Source: Hyphomicrobiales bacterium (lineage in GTDB: Bacteria > Pseudomonadota > Alphaproteobacteria > Rhizobiales > MH13). From it: 64,000 bases of DNA. Where the stretch lies: positions 196,327-260,326 of the forward strand of contig JBKAGZ010000004.1 in assembly GCA_046290645.1 (NCBI GenBank). The letters are read 5' to 3'. Every line of letters starts with the position of its first letter. The stretch's first letter is position 1. This document shows positions 1 through 9,900 of this stretch, in pieces. Under the pieces are notes generated by a model. The model saw only the letters and a list, made by a program, of their open reading frames with translations. It was not told the DNA's origin and searched no databases. The position numbers were made by a program, and so were the translations under genes.

Positions 1-12
1 GGAGTCCCATCC

Positions 13-858
13 ATGACACAGGCCGTCGCCCTTCTGGGAGCCGGAGGCAAAATGGGCCTTCGCGTCACCAAGAAACTCGTCGATGCAGGCTATGATGTTC
101 GCGCTGTCGAGACCGCAGATGTCGGCAAGGCTCGCCTTGCCGAGGCCGATATTCAAGCCGTCGACCAAGCCACCGGAATTGCTGGCGCTGATGTTGTGGT
201 GCTTGCTTTGCCGGACAACATTATCGGCAAGGTTTCGCGAGATATTATGCCGTCGCTCAAGTCGGGCGCACTGCTCATCATCCTGGATGCAGCGGCCCCC
301 TATGCTGGCGATGTGCCAACCGAGCGAGATGATGTCTCCATCGTCATCGGTCATCCTTGCCACCCGCCGCTCTTCAACGATGAAACCGAGTGGGATGCCC
401 GGCGGGATTATCATGGCGGCATTGCACGCCAATCCATCGTTTGCGCCCTGATGAAGGGGCCCGAAGAAGCCTACACATTGGGCGAAGACATCTGCAAAGC
501 CATGTGGTCGCCGATCACCAACTGCTACCGTGTCACCGTGGAGCAATTGGCCATTCTGGAACCTGGCCTGTCAGAAATGGTGGCCATGCCCTTTGTGGAC
601 ACGATGGTGGAGGCCGTCGATCTGTGCGCGTCCAAATATGACATTCCGCGCGAAGCAGCGTTTGATTTCATGATTGGGCATTTGAATGTCGAGATCGCCA
701 TGTGGTTCGGCTACTCGCCCAAGGTACCCTCCGATGCAGCCCTAAGGCTGATGCGCTTTGCCAAGGGCGTGGTGGTGCGTGAGGATTGGGAAGAGGCTCT
801 CAATCCGGCCAAAGTGAAAGAAGCCGCCGAACTGATCGTCTACGGTAAAGGCGCTTAA
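13..858 (+). CDS. NAD(P)-binding dehydrogenase; candidate acid-sugar (D-apionate-type) oxidoisomerase
   Basis: 281-aa ORF with N-terminal Rossmann motif LLGAGGKMG. GGAG lies 8 nt upstream of the ATG, and only 6 nt separate it from the next gene. The specific function is inferred from context with the RLP and DUF1537 kinase downstream. Confidence 0.7.
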   Translation: MTQAVALLGAGGKMGLRVTKKLVDAGYDVRAVETADVGKARLAEADIQAVDQATGIAGADVVVLALPDNIIGKVSRDIMPSLKSGALLIILDAAAPYAGDVPTERDDVSIVIGHPCHPPLFNDETEWDARRDYHGGIARQSIVCALMKGPEEAYTLGEDICKAMWSPITNCYRVTVEQLAILEPGLSEMVAMPFVDTMVEAVDLCASKYDIPREAAFDFMIGHLNVEIAMWFGYSPKVPSDAALRLMRFAKGVVVREDWEEALNPAKVKEAAELIVYGKGA

Positions 859-864
859 GTCCTG

Positions 865-2529
865 ATGCGCGAGTCACGCCGCCTATCTGTCGGGGATATT
901 TCCTTTCTCTACGAACCAGGCCTGATCCGACGATTAACGGTGGCTGGCATCGAAGTTGTTCGCATGATCAGCGCACCGGTGCGCGACGCCAACTGGGGCA
1001 CCTTTTCGCCAACGCTGCTGTCCAGTTCGATAGACGAAGCAACAGACAGCGTGCGTATCGAAGAGGTGTTCTCGGTTGCCGATGGCAAGCTGTTGGCAGA
1101 CCTCGTTTTCGACGTCCACGCCGATGGTTTTGTGTCTGCCGAACTGACTTTCACTGGAAAGGAAGATGTGCAGACAAACAGAGCCGGCTTCACACTGCTT
1201 CACCCCATTGCTGGAACGACGGGCACCGCCCTGACCGTCTCGCACAGTGATGGTCGCGTGACCAAAACACGATTCCCCGAGCACATCGCGCCCGGACAAC
1301 CTGCCATCGATATCGTCGGACTTTCCCACACGGTGGGCGATGTGGATGTTAGCATCACTTTCGAAGGTGAGACGTTTGAGACCGAAGATCAGCGCAACTG
1401 GTCGGACGCTTCTTTCAAAACCTATTGCCGCCCGCTTTCGCTGCCGTTCCCTTACACGATTGCAAAAGGCGAAATCGTCACACAGCGCATTGCGATCAAT
1501 CTGAACCGCAAGCCAGAAAGCACCCGTCAGGGCGTGACCGCAACACCGACGCAGAGAATTGAAAAGCCTGTGGGTTTGCCGCAAATCTGCTTGGCGGTCG
1601 AACCAGATTGGCTGACGCATGCGCCGCTGCCACATAACATGGTTCCCGTCTTACGCTTTGCTAGCGCAGACTCTTGGAGCGATGAAAAGCTAGCTCAGAT
1701 CGCGCAGACGCATCGTGATGTCGATATCGAAATCATCGTTCCGGAGGGCAAGGCTGCGCCCAGCGTTTGTGAGGCCGTGAAAGCCTGCCTTGAGGGGTGC
1801 GGGTTAAACGCCAGGCACGTTGTCGCGCTGCCGCAAGCCTATCTCAAAAGCTACCAGCCGACCGGTCTCTGGCCAGAAGGCCTTTCGCCAGAGTCTTGCG
1901 CGCAATCTGCACGCCAAATCTTCACGAACGCGCGCATCGGTGTGGGCATGCTGACCCACTTCACCGAGTTCAACCGCAGACCACCCGATACCTCGCTTGG
2001 CGATTTTGTGACGTTCGCGAACACCGCCATCGTTCACGCTGCTGATGATCTGTCGGTGTGGGAAACGCTTGAAACTTTGCCGCATATCTTTGCCTCAGCC
2101 AAAGCACTTTCAGGCAACTTGCCGATTCGTCTTGGACTGGTCTCCATCGGCATGCGCTCCAACCCATATGGAGACGGTTTGGCACCGAACCCTAGTCACG
2201 CCAAGATCACCACGACAGGTGACGACCCACGGCAGAGAGAGCCGTTTGCCGCTGCCTATGCTGTGGCTGCGTTTGCGCTTGCTGCACAGGCAGGCGTTGA
2301 GGCCATCACGCTTGCCGCACCGACTGGGCGATTGGGCATGATGAACGATGATGGTTCGCTCCTTCCTATCGGCAAGGCATTGAACGCCATGGTCACTCTC
2401 GGCTCACAAGCAAACCTTCTGATGGGTGAAAACAAGGTGACACTCTCAAACGCGACCGGGTCACTATCAGCCGACATCTACGGCCAAGGCGCCGTGCATG
2501 TGTCAGGCTTTGGGGGGCAAGATGACTGA
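865..2529 (+). CDS. uncharacterized 554-aa protein (no recognisable motif), member of the RLP/DUF1537 operon
   Basis: Long ORF in the operon frame with no signal peptide or TM segment. Its stop (2527-2529) overlaps the next start (ATG 2522) by 8 nt. Confidence 0.75.
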   Translation: MRESRRLSVGDISFLYEPGLIRRLTVAGIEVVRMISAPVRDANWGTFSPTLLSSSIDEATDSVRIEEVFSVADGKLLADLVFDVHADGFVSAELTFTGKEDVQTNRAGFTLLHPIAGTTGTALTVSHSDGRVTKTRFPEHIAPGQPAIDIVGLSHTVGDVDVSITFEGETFETEDQRNWSDASFKTYCRPLSLPFPYTIAKGEIVTQRIAINLNRKPESTRQGVTATPTQRIEKPVGLPQICLAVEPDWLTHAPLPHNMVPVLRFASADSWSDEKLAQIAQTHRDVDIEIIVPEGKAAPSVCEAVKACLEGCGLNARHVVALPQAYLKSYQPTGLWPEGLSPESCAQSARQIFTNARIGVGMLTHFTEFNRRPPDTSLGDFVTFANTAIVHAADDLSVWETLETLPHIFASAKALSGNLPIRLGLVSIGMRSNPYGDGLAPNPSHAKITTTGDDPRQREPFAAAYAVAAFALAAQAGVEAITLAAPTGRLGMMNDDGSLLPIGKALNAMVTLGSQANLLMGENKVTLSNATGSLSADIYGQGAVHVSGFGGQDD

Positions 2530-3571
2530 TCGACCTCTACGCGGTGTGCTGATCGGCTGCGGATTTTTCTCCGACAATCATATGAATGCCTGGACCCGTC
2601 AGGATGGCGTAAAGATCACCGCCGTGTGCGATCTTGATGAAGACAAAGCGCGCACAACTGCGCAGCGCTTTGGCGTGAAAACCGTCTACACCAACGCTCA
2701 AGAAATGTTGGCCACAGAAGCACCAGATTTCGTCGATGTGGCCACCACAGTCGGGTCACACCGCGCATTGGTTGAGCTGGCAAGTGGCTATGCCAAAACG
2801 ATCATATGCCAAAAGCCCTTCGCTGAAACCATCACTGATGGCCAGGCTATGATTGCGGCCTGCGAAGCATCTGGCAGCACACTTATCGTGCATGAGAATT
2901 TCCGCTGGCAGCGCGCCTTCACTGTGATGAAAGCAATGATCGAAAATGACGATCTTGGCACGCTCCATTTCGCGCAGTTTTCGTTTCGTCACGGCTACGA
3001 CAACTACGTCAATCAACCCTATTTGGCCGAAATTGAACGTTTCACGATCATGGATGTGGGGCTTCATCTCTTCGATCTTGCCCGGCACTTTCTTGGCGAG
3101 GTGGACACGCTTTCCTGCACCACCCAGCGCCTGAATCCAATTGTGCGTGGTGAGGACGCTTTTACCGCGATGCTCGTCCATACCAGTGGCGCGACCAGCA
3201 TCTGCGACTGCTCCTTCTTCAGCAAGGTCGACCCTGATCCGTTCCCTCAAACATTGGCGCGCATTGAGGGCGTAAAAGGCACATTGCTGCTTGGCCAGGA
3301 TTACCGCCTTACCCTTCACACCGGCAGCGGCGCGCGCGAAATCGACGCCGCGCCCGCCATTCCAAGCTGGGGCGCAGCACCCTGGCAGGGTGTGCAGGAC
3401 AGCGTGATCCGCTTTCAGAACCATGCCGCCGACGTGGCACGCGGACAGGCAGACCCTGCGCCCTCGGGCGCGGACAATCTAAAAACACTTGCGCTGGCCC
3501 TTGCCGCTTACGACGCGGCAGAAACTGGGTCCAGCATCACAATGGCCGATTGGCAGGAGACCACTTCATGA
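2522..3571 (+). CDS. Gfo/Idh/MocA family NAD(P)-dependent oxidoreductase (candidate sugar 1-dehydrogenase)
   Basis: N-terminal RGVLIGCGFFSDNH Rossmann segment and ICQKPF (EKP-like) motif. ATG 2522 (MTDRPL...) is preferred over ORF-track start 2498 because of the overlap with the upstream stop. Confidence 0.85.
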   Translation: MTDRPLRGVLIGCGFFSDNHMNAWTRQDGVKITAVCDLDEDKARTTAQRFGVKTVYTNAQEMLATEAPDFVDVATTVGSHRALVELASGYAKTIICQKPFAETITDGQAMIAACEASGSTLIVHENFRWQRAFTVMKAMIENDDLGTLHFAQFSFRHGYDNYVNQPYLAEIERFTIMDVGLHLFDLARHFLGEVDTLSCTTQRLNPIVRGEDAFTAMLVHTSGATSICDCSFFSKVDPDPFPQTLARIEGVKGTLLLGQDYRLTLHTGSGAREIDAAPAIPSWGAAPWQGVQDSVIRFQNHAADVARGQADPAPSGADNLKTLALALAAYDAAETGSSITMADWQETTS

Positions 3572-4833
3572 CCGCATCGATGTCCGTTACCGACAGCATC
3601 GAGGCTGATTATATCATCGAGACGGCGATAGACCCGCGCAAAGCTGCCGAGACCATGGCAGGCGAACAATCCTCTGGCACGTTTCTGCCCATTCCCGGTG
3701 AAACCGAAGAGCTGAAAGCCCGCTCCGCCGCCCGTGTTGAGCACTTGGAAGTTTTTCAGACCGTCGACACGCCATCCTTGCCCGGTGCAGCGGAGGGAGA
3801 AACCTATCAGCGCGCCCGAGTTACCTTGTCCTGGCCGCTGGGCAATGTTGGCCCGTCACTGCCCAACCTTATGGCCACCGTCAGCGGCAATCTGTTTGAG
3901 CTCAAGCCATTTTCCGGCCTGCGCGTTATGGACATTCGCATGCCGCAGGCTTTCGCAGATGCTTATCCAGGCCCGCAGTTCGGCATTGAGGGCACGCGCC
4001 ACTTAACTGGCGTCTCCAAAGGTCCGTTGATCGGTACAATCATCAAGCCAAGCGTCGGATTTTCCCCGCAAGAAACCGCTGAGCGCGTGGCGATTTTGGC
4101 GCAGGCCGGCATCGATTTCATCAAGGACGATGAGCTGCAAACCGATGGACCCTTTTGTCCGTTTGAAGAGCGCGTAAAAGCGGTCATGGCGGTGATCAAT
4201 GCGCACGCCGAGAAGACCGGCAAGAAAGTGATGTACGCCTTCAACCTTACAGGTGAGATCGATGAGATGCGCGCGCGGCACGATTTCGTGCGTGACCTGG
4301 GCGGCACCTGCGTCATGGCAAGCGTCAATTCGGTGGGGCTTGGCGGCATGATTGCGCTTAGCCGTCATACGCAACTGCCCATCCACGCGCATCGCAATGG
4401 CTGGGGCTACCTGTCTCGCCATCCCATGCTGGGTTGGTCGCATGTTGCCTGGTCGAAATTCTGGCGCCTGGCCGGTGCGGATCATCTGCATGTGAATGGG
4501 CTTCGCAACAAGTTTTGCGAACCAGATGCCAGCGTCATTCAATCAGCGCAGTCTTTGCTGACGCCGCTCTTTGACGACAAGCCGTGCCTGACCATGCCAG
4601 TGTTTTCCTCGGGTCAAAGCGCCATTCAGCCCGCTGAGACTTACCGGCGCATGCAAACCAGCGACCTTATCTACGCGGCAGGCGGCGGCATCGTCGGGCA
4701 CCCAGATGGCATTGAAGCCGGTGTACGCAGTCTGCGTGAGGCATGGGACGCTGCAGAGCAGGGCATCCCAGCGGCAGACTATGCCAAAGAGCATCCGGCC
4801 TTGGCCCGCGCCTTGGATGCCTACGCACAATGA
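3568..4833 (+). CDS. form-IV RuBisCO-like protein (RLP)
   Basis: RuBisCO large-subunit blocks GTIIKPSVGFSP, GIDFIKDDELQ (KDDE) and LPIHAHRNGWG. ATG 3568 makes an ATGA overlap with the upstream stop. No small-subunit or CBB genes are nearby. Confidence 0.9.
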   Translation: MTASMSVTDSIEADYIIETAIDPRKAAETMAGEQSSGTFLPIPGETEELKARSAARVEHLEVFQTVDTPSLPGAAEGETYQRARVTLSWPLGNVGPSLPNLMATVSGNLFELKPFSGLRVMDIRMPQAFADAYPGPQFGIEGTRHLTGVSKGPLIGTIIKPSVGFSPQETAERVAILAQAGIDFIKDDELQTDGPFCPFEERVKAVMAVINAHAEKTGKKVMYAFNLTGEIDEMRARHDFVRDLGGTCVMASVNSVGLGGMIALSRHTQLPIHAHRNGWGYLSRHPMLGWSHVAWSKFWRLAGADHLHVNGLRNKFCEPDASVIQSAQSLLTPLFDDKPCLTMPVFSSGQSAIQPAETYRRMQTSDLIYAAGGGIVGHPDGIEAGVRSLREAWDAAEQGIPAADYAKEHPALARALDAYAQ

Positions 4834-6185
4834 GCCAACCCAACGCGCCGTTGCTTGCCTGGTACGGCGATGATTTCACCGGCTCAGCAACTGTCATGGA
4901 GGAGTTTGCGTTTGCCGGCGTGGAAAGCGTTCTCTTCCTCGATATCCCTGATGCAGAGCAATTGGCGCGTTTTGCAAGCGCACGCACCACTGGCCTGGCG
5001 GGTACCAGCCGCGCCCACAGTCCGGACTGGATGGAACAGAACTTGCCCGCGCCCTTTGCATTTCTGCAACGGCTGAACGCGTCGCTTAACCTCTACAAGA
5101 TTTGCTCCACGCTTGATTCCTCGCCTGAGATTGGTTCCATCGGCAAGGCGCTGGCGATTGCCAGAAAGCAGTTTGGGCAGGGCGTGATCCCCCTCTTCCC
5201 CGCATCACCGAAGATGGGACGCTACCAGTGCTTTGGCACGCTTTTCGCCCGCGCTGATCAAACGGTCTATCGTCTGGACCGACACCCTGTCGTCTCTCAC
5301 CATCCCGTTACGCCGATGGATGAAGCTGATGTGGCCAGGCACATTGCGCGCCAAACCGATGAACCTATCGGATTGATCACACTGACAGACTTGCCGCGGG
5401 CTCAAGAGGTGTTCGCCACGCTGGCAAAGACCGGTGTTGGAATGGTTTCCATTGACGCTGTTGGCTCAGCCGATCTCATCGCCTGCGGGCAGCTTTTCGC
5501 CAGCCTGCCGCATGGCAGCTTGTTAGCAGGCTCCCAAGGCGTGGCGGAAGCGCTGGTGGAGTACTGGCGAACCATTGGCGAGAACGTTGGCGGCAGCGCC
5601 CAATTGCAAACGCCTGGCAGGGCAAACAAAATGGTGGGCCTGTCGGGGTCTTTGTCCCCAACGACACACAGTCAAATTGATCAAGCGCTGGCCGACGGTT
5701 TTGTTGGCGTGCCGCTTGATACCGAACGGTGCCTGGGCACTAAAAAGCAAGCGGCTGTTCGTCAAAGTGTCGAGGCGACACTCGCTATTTTGTCAGAGGG
5801 CAAATCGCCTTTGGTCTACTCCGCACGTGGCCGTGATGACCCGGCGGTAGCCAAACACCAGAACGCAGCAGAGCGGCTTGGCTTGACCAGCGAAGTTGCC
5901 AATCAGAAAATCGGTGAGGCACTGGGTGAGGTGTTAAGCCAGCTGGTCACTACGGGCGCGGTAACACGGGCAGCAATCGCAGGAGGCGACAGCTCTGGCT
6001 ACGCCCTGAAACGCCTTAACATGTTGGCTCTGACGGCATTGATGCCAACGGCTCCCGGCGCTGCGCTTTATCGTGCCCACCCAATGTCGAAGGAGGGTGC
6101 GACGCTCGAAGTGGCTCTAAAGGGCGGGCAGATGGGTTCGCGCACCTACTTTGCCGAAATTCGCGATGGAAATCAGCGCGCCTAG
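4830..6185 (+). CDS. DUF1537 / four-carbon acid-sugar kinase family protein
   Basis: N-terminus MSQPNAPLLAWYGDDFTGS, the hallmark DDFTG motif of this family. ATG 4830 forms an ATGA overlap with the RLP stop. The ORF-track extension from 4743 lies inside the RLP gene. Confidence 0.85.
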   Translation: MSQPNAPLLAWYGDDFTGSATVMEEFAFAGVESVLFLDIPDAEQLARFASARTTGLAGTSRAHSPDWMEQNLPAPFAFLQRLNASLNLYKICSTLDSSPEIGSIGKALAIARKQFGQGVIPLFPASPKMGRYQCFGTLFARADQTVYRLDRHPVVSHHPVTPMDEADVARHIARQTDEPIGLITLTDLPRAQEVFATLAKTGVGMVSIDAVGSADLIACGQLFASLPHGSLLAGSQGVAEALVEYWRTIGENVGGSAQLQTPGRANKMVGLSGSLSPTTHSQIDQALADGFVGVPLDTERCLGTKKQAAVRQSVEATLAILSEGKSPLVYSARGRDDPAVAKHQNAAERLGLTSEVANQKIGEALGEVLSQLVTTGAVTRAAIAGGDSSGYALKRLNMLALTALMPTAPGAALYRAHPMSKEGATLEVALKGGQMGSRTYFAEIRDGNQRA

Positions 6186-6201
6186 AAGGTGATGGAAAGC
6201 G

Positions 6202-6915
6202 CTAAAAAAGATCAAGCACGGATCTAAAGCGTTTGACGCTATCGGACACGTGATACGCGACCCGGCCAGGCGGTACAGGAACCTGGACGGCGCTTGCTTC
6301 GATCATGATCCCGAAACGCTTGGGGGCCATGTTGACCATAGATGGCAGCCGAAACCGCCGAGATTTGCCCCAGTCTCGCCAACTCTGTTCATCGGCATTA
6401 GGCAAAAAGCGCAAGGAATTATCCCACATGCGATCACGGATTGTATCGCTCTTGGCAACAAGTGCGTTGTAGATCGCAACCCGTTCCTTGCGATTGGAGG
6501 GCTCAAACGCTGCTGAAAAACAAAGGTCATGAGCCCCGATTTGAAGATCAAATTGCGGGCTGAGCTCCACCTCATCAAGGGTACGCCAAGCGATGTGGAC
6601 AAGGGCTTCTTCCCAAACGCGTCCAGGGTGCAGCCGCCCCAACCCTGGGTCATATTCAAGCGCGGCGTAGGGTTGGTTCAGAGCGGTGGAAAGATAGCGT
6701 GCGATATAGTCAGCCAACTCACGCGCTGAACTGGGAAGCAAGGCAACATCTCGTTCGAACCGACCACCAAACCGATGTCTTGGAGCCGACGCAGGGGCTC
6801 GCTTCAAAGCGCGCGCGATTGTCGAGAAGGTCTCAGACAACCGGTCACCACCGCGCTCATAAGGTGTTTGGAAAAAGGCAGCGTTACCCAGATCGTTTTG
6901 CGTGTGCTGCTCCAT
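6202..6915 (-). CDS. hypothetical cytoplasmic protein, co-transcribed with RND pump
   Basis: 237-aa ORF starting 6 nt after the RND permease stop. No TM segment, signal peptide or motif I recognise. Confidence 0.6.
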   Translation of the reverse strand: MEQHTQNDLGNAAFFQTPYERGGDRLSETFSTIARALKRAPASAPRHRFGGRFERDVALLPSSARELADYIARYLSTALNQPYAALEYDPGLGRLHPGRVWEEALVHIAWRTLDEVELSPQFDLQIGAHDLCFSAAFEPSNRKERVAIYNALVAKSDTIRDRMWDNSLRFLPNADEQSWRDWGKSRRFRLPSMVNMAPKRFGIMIEASAVQVPVPPGRVAYHVSDSVKRFRSVLDLF

Positions 6916-6921
6916 AATCGA

Positions 6922-9900
6922 TCACTCCGCTGCGATAGGTTGGGGGGTAAGGAGGCCACCGCCTTTACCTTCATCATTGTCGGCTTTGGCGGACTTGCGG
7001 GCAGCTTGCCTGGCAAGCTTGCGTTCGTCCTTTGCTTTGCGTTTGGCTGCCTGCCTCACGGCGTTCTCAGCCCGGCGCTCCTTGCGCAGATAGCTGTGGT
7101 AGAGCACCGGCACACCGACCAGGGTTAGAACTGAGGCGAACCCCAAACCGCCCATAATGCTAACTGCCATGGACGCAAAGAACGGATCGCTTAGCAGAGG
7201 GATCATGCCCAGTATGGTCGTGCCAGCTGCAAGCACCACCGGTCGCAAACGGCTGATCGACGCAGCAACAATCGCATCGCTTTGGAACGCATGATCCTTT
7301 TTCTGCTCATCGATTTCTTCAACCAAAACGATGCCGTTCTTGATCAGCATCCCTGACAGAGACAGCAGCCCCAGAAGCGCGGTGAAACTGAAAGGTAGCC
7401 CGGTGAAAAGCAGGCCAAGCGCCACGCCGTTCACGGCCATAGGAACGAGCGTCCAGATCACCGCCGTTTGACGCAGCTTTCCGAAAACCAAAATGGTCAG
7501 CAGAAGCATGGTGCCAAACGCCAGCGGCATTTGCCGACCCAGGCTTTGCTGCGCGGTGCTCGCGCTTTCAAATTCACCGCCCCACTCCATGCGGTAGCCA
7601 GGTGGGAGCTGCATGTCTTCGATAAGCGGGCGTACTTCGCTGAACACGCTTGGTGGCATGACGCCGGGCGGCGTGAAGGATTGCACAGAGATGGTCGGCA
7701 CGCGGTTGCGCCGCTCAATGACCGTGTCTCGGACTTCCACGTTGAAACCATCAACGACTTGTTCAAGCGGAACGAAACCCTCAGTCGCGCGAGAATACAC
7801 CGGTTGGTCGAGAACAAGGCCGTTGGCCGACTGCTCTTCACGTGGTGTGCGCACCAGGATTGGAATCTGACGTTCCCGCTCGCGGTAGACGCCAGCTTGA
7901 ACGCCATCCGTTGCCAGGGCGATGGCTTGGGAAACATCCTGGCGACCAATGCCGAGGGCCTGCGCGCGATCTGTTGCGAAGATGGGCTGGACGGCAAGTT
8001 CACGCTCACGCCAGTCGATGCGCTCGGTGAGCAGCAAATCGGTTTGTGTTTCAAAAATTAGCTGCGCTTCATCTGCCAAGGTGCGCAGCACATTTGGGTC
8101 GGGACCGGAGAACCGTACCTCGACATCAGCGCTAACTGGCGGACCGTAGATAATCTGCTCTGTTCGCACCTCAGCCCAAGGCAGGGTTTCAAAGCTGAAC
8201 GCATCCAAATCCGCACGCAGCTCTGGAATGGCCTCAAAACTCTCTGCGCGGATAATGATTTGACCAAAAGCAGGATCAGGGTTCGGTGGCGTATAGGTGA
8301 GGATGTAGCGTGAGAAAGGTCCGCCAGCGGTGGTCGTGAAAGCTCGCACATCCTCGCGCTGGGCAAGCCAGGCTTCCACTTTGACAAGGTCGCCTGCCGT
8401 CTCGTGGACAGATGTGCCCTGGGCTGCCTGGTAGTTCAGATAAAACAAAGGTGTATTGGCAGGCGGAAAGAACTGCTGGGTGACCATGCCGAATGCCCAC
8501 AAGCAGGCGACCGTGGTGCCAAGCAGCATCGTGATGACCAGCCAGCGGACGTAGAGCGCGCCGCGCACCACCTGGCCATAGAGGCGGAAAAACACCGTGT
8601 CATACGGATCTTTTCCCTCTTTCAGCCCACCAACCTTGAACACATAGTTGGCGAGCAGCGGTGTAACGGTAACAGCGATCAACCAGCTGAGCATGAGCGA
8701 GATGCCAATGACGGCAAACAGCGAGAACAGGAACTCGCCGGAGCTGTCCGGGCTCAAACCAATGCCCGCGAACGCCATGATGCCGATAACCGTGGCGCCA
8801 AGCAGAGGGAACTGCGTTTTACGAGCAACTTCGGAGGCAGCGTCCTTGGCTTTGCGGCCCCGGCGCATTTCCACCTGCATGCCTTCAGCAACAACAATTG
8901 CGTTGTCAACAAGCATGCCCATCGCGATGATCAGGGCGCCAAGGCTGATGCGTTCCACCTTCACATCAAAAATGTTCATGAAGAAGAAGGTGAAGCTCAC
9001 GGTCAGAAGCAGCGAAACGCCAACAACCAGCGCTGAGCGCCAACCCATGAAAACCGCCAGAACCAGGATCACGATGCCCACCGACATCATGAGGGAATTG
9101 AGGAAGTCGCCATTGGCTTCATCAACAACACGGTGCTGCTCATAAATGGGTGCAAGCTCGACACCAACTGGAAGAATGGTCTCAAGCTCGGCAAGCTTCT
9201 CTTCAACGCGCGCGCCCACCGCGACGATGTTTTCAGAGGTCAAACCAGCGATGGCGATCGTGAACGCTTCCTCCCCATTGTGGCGGATGATCTGGCCGGG
9301 CTGATCAACGCGGCTGCGATAGACGCGTGCGAAATCGGTGAGATTCAAAACCTCGCCATCAACACCAAAGCTCAGCGATCCAATCGATGAAACGCTATCG
9401 TCGGCTTCCGGCGCATCAATCTCAACTTGTCGCCCGCCGTTACTGGCTTCCCCGGTCGGGTTAAGGGCTGTTGAGCCACCGATGACAGAGAAGATCGTGG
9501 CCGGATCAACACCAAGATTGACGATGGACCGAGTGGACGGCTCAACGTAGATCGCCTCTTCCGGCAGGCCAAAAACCTCAACATTGGCCACACCGCCAAC
9601 AGTGAGGACTTCCCGGCGCAAGAACGTGGCAATTTCCCATATTTGCGCATCGCTGAAGCCTGTTGTCTTCACCGCATAATAGAGGCCGAAAACATCGCCG
9701 AAACTGTCATTGATGGTGGGGGGAAAGCTACCATCGGGAAGGACGGAGCGAGCATTGTCGATCCTGTCGCGCAAATCATCCCAAATCTGAGGCAGATCGC
9801 CGCCATCATAAATATCCTTCATCTCAACTTCGATAACCGAGACGCCAGGAATGTTGCGTGAGGAGATGATGTTCACCTCGCCCATCTGTTGAATTTCAGC

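Noticed and set aside
4743-4829. N-terminal 29-codon extension of the kinase ORF
   Set aside because: It lies inside the RLP coding region. The ATGA-coupled ATG at 4830 gives the canonical family N-terminus.
3568-4833. Authentic CO2-fixing RuBisCO
   Set aside because: No small subunit, phosphoribulokinase or other CBB genes are nearby. The K177-equivalent is replaced by Ser, and the gene is coupled to a DUF1537 kinase. It is therefore called an RLP.
7468-9145. Several 160-210-aa plus-strand ORFs inside the RND gene
   Set aside because: They are antisense shadows of a 1060-aa gene with unambiguous RND character.
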